From Balamuthia mandrillaris (lineage: Eukaryota): DNA of 38,700 bases. Location of the stretch: contig JAVKOQ020000117.1 of NCBI GenBank assembly GCA_031835245.2, forward strand, positions 124,001-162,700. The letters are read 5' to 3'. A model generated the notes under the pieces. It made no database searches and was not told the DNA's origin. It saw only the letters and a program-made list of their open reading frames with translations. The position numbers were made by a program, and so were the translations under genes. Of the stretch, positions 24,298-34,222 are shown one piece after another (within the stretch, counting starts at the first letter, position 1; every line of letters begins with the position of its first letter).

Positions 24298-26579
24298 ATG
24301 GCTGCTGGAAATATTTTGTTCTTGTTGGTCGTGTTGACCGTGGCCAGCTGTTATGTCGGCGCAGCCCCTCAGCTGCGTGTGTTGAACGCCTCTCCTCCCT
24401 GGTGGGGCAGCATCACCAACGACATGCAGGTGGACGTGGCTGAGGAGACGCTCTTCGTTCTGGTAACTGCTGGTGCTGTCTCCCAGTACGAAGCCGTGCC
24501 TACTGGCTACCAGCTCGTCACTGTCAAACAGCAAACCGTCGGAGCCACCATCTTCAGCGAGAAGTTCTTGTTCGAAGAGGGCAAGAGCTACACCCTTTGG
24601 TTCGTCACCAAAACCGACGGAATGGGTTCGTTCTATCCTCTGAATTTTGTTTTATCTTGCTTACATCAAAAAATAACTAAAACAACTCAAAAAAAAAAAA
24701 ACAGGCGGTACCGCGTATGAAGCTGGACTGTCCTCCGAGAACGACCAGGTCATCCCCGGTGATGGCGCGCGGGTGTCGCTGCTCCATATTGGTTGTACTA
24801 CTCACCCTCTTCTGGGCGGTTGTGGCGAGGAAAACGTTTTCCTGGACATGCATCTTCAAGGACCAACCGACCAGTCTGCCCCCTTCGTGGCTACCAACGT
24901 CAAAGCGACCAAAGTCGTCAACGACGGTGCCTACATTGTAAAAATCAGACATGCCTCCAGCAACATACCCATCATTTCGGTTAGCATTTTTTTCTAACGC
25001 CAAAAATCTCCAGCGCTAAACCACAAAGTACTTACCTTGTGTGTCGAAAAATGAAAACAGAGTCCCTCGGTGACCTTTGGTCCTGGCGAGTTCTGGAGCG
25101 TTTTCTTGTTCGATCACTCCTTCCTCCGCAACGGAAGTGAGCCTTGCCTTGTCATCGTACCCGAATATGGACACGGAGATTTTGGTTCGTTCCCCTCCCA
25201 AAATCATCTCTCTCTCTCTCTCTCTCTTTTGGTCTAACGATTGTTTTTGCCGCAGATTCTCCTGGCCCTTGCGAGCAAGGAGATGAAGTAGCGGCCGTCC
25301 CTACCGACGTCTACAGCATCTCTGACAACAGCACCCTCCGCAACTGCGACACTGGCTGCGCTGGCGGCCCCTCCGCCGTGGCCGGCTTGGAGAACCACCC
25401 CAACATCACCGCCTGTGCCGGCGTGTTCACAGGTTACGTGGGTGGTCCCTCCGCTCAGAGCTTGTGCGCCCGATCTTGGCACGTCTGTTCTCAAACGAGG
25501 TACAGTGCCTCTCCCCCTTTTATATTTATCCATACATATTTTTTTTCCAGGGTTTGACACCCGCAAAAAAAAAAATTGTGTAGCGCGACGGACCGAGCTC
25601 TCCTGAAGCAAGTTACCTACGAAGAGTCCGCCGATGAGTTTGACGGCTGCTACACTTATGACGCTGCTCATGACTACGATACCTGCAGACCTTGTACTGG
25701 CAACATCCATGAGGATGACATGGCTGGTTGGTGTTTTTTCTTGGATCTCCCTTTGTTTGCTTATCTTCTTGTTAACGTCCGTTTGTTTCTCTCTTATCTC
25801 TTTGCTTTGTCCTTATTCTTTCAGGAATGGGTAGGGATTGTAAGTCTCACAATCCGAATGGTATTCATGGAGTGACTCACCTGCGTGACCCTGGCTGCAC
25901 CAAGAGCGGTCGAGTGGATTACTGCTGTGAAGGCTACAAGGAAAGCAAAGGCTGCCAATACGTCCAGAACTACACCTCTGGTGTCGTTTGTTGTGCCGAT
26001 AATGCTGAGAATCCTTGTTTTGATGGCCAATGCCCCAACGACTGCTGCGGCAATGGGCTCTGTGACCGTTCCTTCGGAACTTGCTCTTGCTTGCCTGGCT
26101 TCTCCGGCGAGGACTGCTGTACTGGTACACTATCGCTTGCCTTTACGCTGTTTCATTCAACCGTTTTTATGCATCCCTAACACGTTGAAACCTTTTCAGA
26201 ATGTGGCAAGTTGACCTGTGAGGACTGTTTCAACTCGAGCGTCTGTGGCTGGTGTGCCAACACTCAGGAATGCGTTGACATTTCTTCCACTACCTGCTTC
26301 GAGTTTGCTGAGAGCTGCCCTGTTATCTTGAAGGAAGAAGAAGACGATGGAACCATCAACGGTGTGCCCATTGGCGGTGTGATTGGTGCTGCTATCGGCG
26401 GTCTCGCTGTGACAATCTTGGTGGTTGGTGGCATCCTTGGCTTCTTCTTGTACAAGAAGTTCGCTGTGGGAGAGTACGCCGCCATGTGGGAGGATATGTT
26501 CTCCAAGAATGCCCACACTTCTTCCCTCTATGAAGGCAACACAACAGAAATTTCCTCTGGCCTTTACACTGGCCAGTAA
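24298..26579 (+). CDS. Single-pass surface protein: signal peptide, DUF4397-like region, Cys-rich region, EGF-like and PSI domains, GxxxG TM helix, integrin-beta-like tail
   Basis: MAAGNILFLLVVLTVASCYVGA signal; LRVLNASP; EGF CPNDCCGNGLCDRSFGTCSCLPGFSGEDC; PSI TCEDCFNSSVCGWCANTQEC; TM GGVIGAAIGGLAVTILVVGGILGFFLY. Multi-exon. Confidence 0.82.
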
Positions 26580-27058
26580 CTCTGTCGTTCCCTTTCCTCT
26601 TCTTTCTCTGTAGAAATATATTTTCATCAAAAAAAAAGTTTTTCTCTTTCAAAGTTGGTCTCTCTCTCTCTCTCTCTCTCTTGTGTGACACTAATTTTCT
26701 TCTCTCAGAGAAATAAACCGAGCAGACAGAGGAGAGGACGTGAGAGTGAAAGTGAAAGTTCCACTTTTGACTTCCCAAACAACCCCACCAACCCACAAAG
26801 GAAAGATTACCCACAAAGGGAAAGATCAGTTGCTGTTGTTAGGGCGTTTCAGGACTTGGTCGTACCTTTACCCTTTTTCTCATTTTTTTTTTCGTTTCAA
26901 AAACGTAGCGACTGCACACTCACATACGTTGCAGAGACCGTCCTCACTTCTGACGTGCGAGCAATAAGCGTGACTACCAAATCTGTTCTCTTGTCTTGGT
27001 TTATTATTCTTGTTGGCGTTCGTACTCCTGTAGTCTCTCTCTCTCTCTCTCTGTCTGT

Positions 27059-27107
<49 letters not shown>

Positions 27108-27201
27108 CCACTTTGCTTCGCCTTTCTCCTCTCTCTTTTATCTCTTAAAGTTGTTCCTTTTGATAGTCTCAAAGTCTCTCCCCATTTCTTTGCAGATAGA
27201 A

Positions 27202-28147
27202 ATGCAAAGAGGCGGAAGACCACTTGTGATGAAAGTGGACTTCACCGCGCTTTTGCCTTGGGAACTTGGGCTTGAAGAAGAGCTTGGTGAAGATGTGGAC
27301 CGCATGGTTGCTGTGTTAGAAAAATATCGAGACCACGTTTCACTTTTGAAGTCACTCACACTGGCAGACCTGAAAAAAGCAACCAAACAAAAGTTCAAGG
27401 CTGTATATTCTGGTTTTTTTGTTACCTTGTTACAAGCTGACTATGTATGTATAACCATTATTTCTTTGAACCATTCTAACAAGCTTGGTTTCTTACCATC
27501 ACAGCATGCACAGCTCTTTGGAACTTTTTATGATTACTTGAAAGATACACTGTTTACTCTTTCAAAGACATCTCTTATTCAAATCCAAAGGTATAGATTT
27601 GTTGTTTGTGATGCATTATTCTTTTATTCATTCTTTGTTCTATTGCAGAAAGTTAAGAACAAAATATCCTGATGTGATAATGGCAAGTAATACAAAAAGC
27701 AAAGCTCGTTTAGTGGATTGTTTGTGTTCCTTTATTGGAGTGGGTCCAAACTTATCTACTCCAAAGCCAACTCCCATTCAAACTCTTTCTTCACTTTCAC
27801 CTCCACAAATTAACCCTATAGCTTCTACTTCTTCAAGTATTACTACAACAGTTAGTCCTGTTGCTTATTCTACTGCATCTTCTACTGTGTTAACTGTTGA
27901 TAAGAAATCAGTTTCTTCAATAGGTCAAAAGAGAAAAGAAAGAGAAAACACCAATTCAACTCCAACAATTTCATCTTCACAAACAACTTCTACAACACAG
28001 CTTGTAGAAGAAACAGAGAAATTTGCACAATACTTACAACAACACTTTTTAAATCCTTGGCATACTACACATACACCTATAGATACAAAACTTTTAATGG
28101 AATTGTTATCAGAGTTTCAAAAGTATTTAATTGAACATCATATATAA
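27202..28147 (+). CDS. Hypothetical protein, possibly with SAP/helix-extension-helix-like segments
   Basis: ATG at 27202. ORF 27151-27672 splices in phase (donor 27591, acceptor ~27648) to ORF 27599-28147, and an earlier intron (~27400-27504) is probable. More AT-rich than the host genes to the left. Confidence 0.55.
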
Positions 28148-28354
28148 TTTTTTAAATTAATAAAAACATGTTCTAAACTAAAAAGGGCGCTCCTTTTTGG
28201 AAATTATTTTTGCAAAATAATTTTAAATTAATTTTAAAAAATATTAAATAAATAGTTTAGGATTAACAAAAAACAATTAAGTTTATCAAAAAATACTTTA
28301 AAAAGCCAAATTTATTGTGTGAAAGTGATGAACAATTGAATTATCTTACTTACA

Positions 28355-28783
28355 TTAATCATCACAATCATCACTTTCTTCTTTATTCTTCTTTTTCATT
28401 TTTCTCTTTTGTTGTGATGCTAAATAAGCATGCTTGGATATAGCTGACTTGATAATAGAGGATTGGGAAGAAGAAGGAAGAGAAGATGATTTAAATTGTT
28501 GTTGAAAGGCCAATCTACATTGAATAATGTGGTCCTCTAACAGATGTACTGTTAAAGCACTAAAACGTTGCATAATGCTTTCTTTTTCATTGTCCCAAAA
28601 ATGAGTAGAAAAAGCAAAATATCGATGCTTTTGTGCTAAACAAGCAAAGGCCATACACTCAGTAGAGGGATGCAAATCAATGATGCTGTCTTCATCTTTT
28701 GTGTAAAGACAAAGAAACAACTTGTAAATGAGGACAGGTTTGGTGGGAACAGTAACTGCCGTTTTAGGACCAAGGGTGAGTAC
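28355..28783 (-). pseudogene. 5'-truncated coding fragment resembling the C-terminal part of an N4/N6 (beta-class) DNA methyltransferase
   Basis: Frame is open from 28783 with no ATG before the motif. PTKPVLIYKLFLCLYTKDEDSIIDLHPSTECMAFACLAQKHRYFAF parallels the family pattern P.QKP..L...LI...T..GD.VLDPF.GSG....A.....R.FIG, with the FxGxG loop degenerate. Recognised by eye only. Confidence 0.5.
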
Positions 28784-28858
28784 TCAGAACCTACAGCATT
28801 CAACTCCCCTAGTTAGGGTTAGGGGCGGGTACTCAGAACCTACAGCATTCAACTCCCC
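28780..28858. repeat. Perfect 30-bp direct repeat flanking a 19-bp spacer that contains TTAGGGTTAGGG
   Basis: GTACTCAGAACCTACAGCATTCAACTCCCC at 28780-28809 and 28829-28858; spacer TAGTTAGGGTTAGGGGCGG. Confidence 0.95.
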
Positions 28859-28962
28859 ATGGTCCATTCTATAAAACTCTAAGTCTATAAGTCCAACGGA
28901 TAAAGTGGGGCAAAGTAGCAATTTTTTCAATTTTCTCATAGGAATATATATATATATATAAT

Positions 28963-30466
28963 CTAACTGGATATAATCATAATATCATCATCATCATCAT
29001 CATCATCATTCTCCTTTGTTTCTTCCTCTTCATCCAAGATGGATATGACTGTAGTGGTAGTAGTAGAAGTAGGAGATGATGGGAGGGAAGCATGGTTGTC
29101 ATCCGGTGTGTCAAAGTCCTCATCATGGGCCACCAAGTATTTGTCTTTCAAAGCATCGAGATTGTTGAAGAATTCTGTGAGGAGATTGCGCCATTTGTCA
29201 TAGCAATCATTGTTGGTTCGGCGTTGGGTAGGCAAGTGTTTGGCAATCTCCAACCAAGACCATCCATCACACAAGCGCCAAGTGACAAGTCTACGGATTT
29301 CTGGTGTCTGCCAAGCAATCCGTTGTCGATGACCATTCTTCTGATATTTGAGTCGATTGGATAACATTTGTTGTCGCTGCTGAAGTGCTCTGCGAACTCG
29401 TTGTCGTGGTGGTGTTTTTTCTTTTGAGTTATGATTCCTTTCATCATCATCATCGTTATCATCGTTTTTTTTCAGAACATCATCATTAGGAAAAGTAGGT
29501 AAGAATGGCTGCTCTTGATGACGAGAGGTGAGGAATGCTTTGTGAATGGGTGATCCGTTGACCAACTTGGGAAGTACAGGAGCTACAAACTCATCCACCA
29601 GCTCATTCAAGCCACTGAAAAAACCTTGTAGAATGCCAGAGATATGTTGACGGCAAAGCTGACGATGAATATTGGGCCAACGAAGAGGAGATTTGTTTTT
29701 GGCCGCATAAGTTGCTGCAGCTTCAGCTAACACATCCTTGTCAAACTCATCTGAATGATTGTCTACCCAAGCAGTACAACATTCAAGCCACAAGGAGCGA
29801 TAAAATCGTATTTGTTGATCTTTGGTTGGTAAATCTGTTCGTTTCATGAAACTAAAGAAGCAGTGTAAAAGAAAGAAAAAGAAAGAAAAAGAGAAAAAGA
29901 GAAAAAGAGAAAAAGAAAGAATGAGAAAGAAAGAGAGAAAAAGAGACAAAAAAACAAAGTGTGAATAAATGATGCAATGTTAAAAGAAGAACAAATAGAC
30001 CAACACCAATCCATCAAAACAATTATTGTTTAGACCATGAATGTTGTTGCTGTTACAATAAACCTCTGCGTTCGAGCTGAGCGCTGAGTCTAAAGGTGCA
30101 TTTTTGAATGCAAGCAAGCAAGCAAACAAACAAACAAGCCATGACTGAATAGATTGATAGATAGTGGTAGATACCATCCAACACAAAACAAACCAGCAAA
30201 CAAACAAACCAACAAACAAACAACAACAAGCAAAGGCCAACAAAAAAAAAAACAAACAAACAAACAAACAAACAAACAAACCGTTGGCGAACAGCATGGA
30301 TAAAACTCTGATAGTTGGTATCTGCAGACCACTTGGATTGTTGTAAAGCCTCTGGGGATAGATTGTGAAATGCTTCTTTGGTAACTAGCTCTGGAGCAAT
30401 CACTGCAAGGGAGTGAGGATTAAAAAAAACCACAAAGAGAAAAAGTAAGCACAGGTGGTTTATAGA

Positions 30467-30505
<39 letters not shown>

Positions 30506-31344
30506 TAGCCAAAGAAAAAACAAAAGAAAAACAAAAAATCAGATGAATAACAAACCACAATGTCGAGGCCTCGGAGAATGATGATCAGCAGCAGCAGCAG
30601 AAGAAGAAGAAGAAAAAGAAGAAGAAGAAGAAGAAAAAGAAGATGAAGGATGAAGGGTGGTAACATTGCTAACCAAGCGATTGGCCACAATAGCACGTTT
30701 TAATGTATCCTTGACGTAGACTTGCTGAGATCTACCACGAGGTACCCAACCTGCAATAAGGGCAGTGGTATCCAGTACATTGTTCTGACTATGCCCTTCC
30801 TGCAGTCCCTCCAAGATCAAGGCAGTGCAAAGGAAGCCAGCACGTAAGGAGTGAAAGGAGAATAACCCTTCAGGATAACCAGCCCGAACAGCGCGGTCTT
30901 GCAGCTTGGCATTCAAAGTATCGCGTGACCATCCCCATAATGATGTTTGTTTTTGTTTGTCTGTCAAGCACCAGTTGTGAAACTCTCGCAAATCCAAACC
31001 ATGCTTGCACAGCAGATGCTTGTTTAGCCAGTAAATAAAATCTCCAAGACAAACTCCAGCGGTTGATGTTGTTGATGCAGCAGCGGTCGTGATGGTAGAG
31101 GTGGTAGTAGTGGTGCTAAGTGGCAATGAGGATAACGGGGATGGTGATGATGAAGATATTCCTCCTGGTGGTGGTGGTGGTGGTGGTGGTGGTGGTGTTA
31201 AATAACCTTCAAAAGTAACGACATGATTCCAATGATTTGGTATTCCTTTGGTGACTTGTTGGCGCAAAGAAAGGAAATAAAGAGGAGGAGAAAAGGCATC
31301 CTCTTGGTGGTGACAGCTGATGTTGCTGCTGCTGCTGCTGCGGC

Positions 31345-31396
<52 letters not shown>

Positions 31397-31740
31397 ATTG
31401 TTGTTGTTGGAAAAGGAGGATGAAAGTTTAGGTCGAAATGCCACAATATCACCCAAACGAATGTTTGCTGCTGTAATGGCTCTGGCACCAGTACAAACAC
31501 TGTGTAACCAACAACTGGCTTCACCAGCTTTGCTCACCAGTCCATCTGGAGTGGATGCGATGATATGCAAGACGTCATCCAGCAAACAAGCATCTTTGCA
31601 CAATTGTTTGCTAGAACAGGAGGGTTTGGCTCTTTTGCAATGCCGAATGGCCTGTTTGACTTGATCTTTGATGGCATCCATTTGGTTCTTTAGCAACAAC
31701 AAGTAGGCATGATCTGTTGCCATCATTGCTGTCGTGCGTC

Positions 31741-31792
<52 letters not shown>

Positions 31793-33180
31793 AGTGACAC
31801 CATCACCAAGAAGGGTTTTGGATAGAGGAGAAGCATTCCTGCTGGTTGTGGTGATAATAGAAGTAGGTGATGATGCTGGGGATGAAGAGATGGAAGAAAC
31901 AGAGGAAAAGGAGGAGGAGGAGGAGGAGGAGGAGGCAGCAAGGGTATCAAGCTGTTGTTGGATACTTTCATCATGCAAACGATAAAGACTGGCAATCATG
32001 ACATCACGCACAGAGCTCAAGGCATACCCCACATCCAAAATCAACCATTGAACAAAGGCTCCTACGTTATGGCGTTGGAGATTCAAAGGAAGAGCTGGCA
32101 AACATTGATGATGTGCACAATGCGCTTCCCAGATGGCCAAAGTCCAAGCATGTTTATGTTGGGTCGAAGGGCTCCATCGACTCGTCACTGCTGTCAACTC
32201 TGTCCAGCGCTCTTCTGACAAATGGTTCATCAATGTGATAGCACGAGAAAGACGTCTGCCGGCACCATCACCACCGTTACGACTACTGCTGCCATGTGTG
32301 GTATCATCATTATTATCATTTGCTGTTCTAGCTCCAATATGTTGGTTATCTCTTTTCTTCTTTTCTTGTTTTTCTTCTTTGTGTTTTTCTTTATCTTCTT
32401 CTTCTTCTTCTTCTTCTTCTTTGTCATCGGTCAATAACAACAAATCTATCAACGTTGGTGTGGCTGTTGTTTTGCTTGTTGCATCTATATCTGTTTCTGC
32501 TCCTCCTCCTCCTCTTCTGTCTAATGAGGATGATGATAATGACAATAAATTACAATTGCTACCGCTATCCATAACATCTTCATTGTTCTCAAAGACAAAG
32601 GACTCTGAATTTGTTGAAGAAGAAGAAGAAGAAGAAGAAGAAGATAAAGAAGAAGAAAAAGAAGAAGCAAATGAAGAAGAAGAACCAGAAGAAGAAATCA
32701 TCCTTTTTGGTTGTTGTTGTCGTGGTTGTGATTGGGTTGTTGATGCTGTGGTGGTAATGGTGGCGGTGGTGGTGGCGGTGGTGGTGGCGGTGGTAGATGA
32801 AAAGGGTGATGCAGAAAAAGGAGGTGAACAGAGTTCTGCAGGGTTATCAACATTAGCAATAACTGGAGCAGAATCAAGGGTGGTAGCTGATGGTGGTGTT
32901 TTTAACCAATAATGATCCAAAAACTGCTTGCGAATGAAAGAGCGAGAGTCCAGAGCCTGATAGGGAGGCAAGTGATGATAGAGAGATGTTGTGGATAAGG
33001 ATGATGATGATGATGATATTGAGACAATCGTTATTTCATCATCCTCTTCTTTTGCTGCTGTTGCTACTATTGTTTTTGCTACTGCTACTTCTTTGTTGTT
33101 GTTGTTGTTGTTGTTGTTGTTATTGTTGTTGTTTATTGGTAGAGGTTGGTCAAAGGCAGCAGGAATAGATAGATTATCTT
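28963..33180 (-). CDS. Tyrosine recombinase fused to a C-terminal Myb/SANT domain (about 1200 aa from the exons traced; 5' end unresolved)
   Basis: In-phase GT-AG exons 33180-30556, 30402-30282, 30089-30064, 29834-28963. Core-binding-like region (SPSTQHKHAWTLAIWEAHC..VGAFVQWL). Catalytic set TGAR (R, 31483), VTKG (K, 31249), HSLR (30853-30842), AGW (30748), QVY (Y, 30718). Myb: AWQTPEIRRLV..WSWLEIAKHLPTQRRTNNDCYDKWRNLL. Confidence 0.88.
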
Positions 33181-33191
33181 CTGTTTGTTAA

Positions 33192-33227
<36 letters not shown>

Positions 33228-33649
33228 ATAGTAGACACAAACACAAACAACAAATTGTGAAACAAAAGAAACGAGAAGTTAGTAATTGAGGATGAATAAA
33301 TAAAGAGATGATAAAACTAAATGAGAACTATGTGGTTACTCGTTTTGTTTTTCCTTTTCTTTCTCTTTTTTTTCCTTTTTCATTTTTATAATTGCCTTTT
33401 CATCATACTCAGTTGTCTTTTTTTGTTGCCTATCTATTATTTACAACAACAATCACTACTATTACTCACTTACTCTCACTCAGCACTCTTAACCATTATT
33501 ACCATCACCACCATTATTACTTTACTATTCATCTATCTATCCATTGTTTGTTTAACCAATATTATTACCATCAACCAACCAACCAACCAACCAACCAACC
33601 AACTCAAGCTATCACTCAACTAACCAACAAATATAAAAAGAGAAAGAGA

Positions 33650-33693
33650 TCACCTGCCTGTGTTACGGCGTTGTGAACGAGTTGTGGCTCCTT

Positions 33694-33729
<36 letters not shown>

Positions 33730-34122
33730 TAGATGACGCAGCCACAGCAGCAGCAGCACTTTGCAAAGATGATTTGGCTGCAGCAGTAGCAATAGCTTTT
33801 TGGGCAGCAGCTGCAGCCTTGCGCGTAGATTTGTTGCTAAGGCTCTTGGATGCACTTGTGTTTTCCTCTCCTTTCTGTTTTTCTGCTTCTTTTTCTCCAG
33901 CTTTTGCTTCTTCTTCTTCTTCTACTTCTTCTTCTGCTTTCTCCTCTTCTTCTTTTTCTTCTTCTTCTTCCTTGTCTCTGCTAGCATCTTTGCTTCTCTG
34001 TTCCTCTTCTTTTTCTTTTTCTTTTTCTTTTTCTTTTTCTTCTTCTTCTTCTTCTTCTTCTTCTTCTTCTGCTGTTGCTGCTGCTTGTTTAGCTGGGTCA
34101 CTAGCAGTTTGCTTTGATACTA

Positions 34123-34181
<59 letters not shown>

Positions 34182-34185
34182 TAAG

Positions 34186-34222
<37 letters not shown>

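Noticed and set aside
28810..28828. TTAGGG repeats as a true telomere or chromosome end
   Set aside because: Only two units, internal, with genes on both sides.
28780..28858. Repeat-spacer-repeat as a mini CRISPR array
   Set aside because: Only two repeats, a 19-bp spacer, no cas-like genes, and a eukaryotic intron-rich context.
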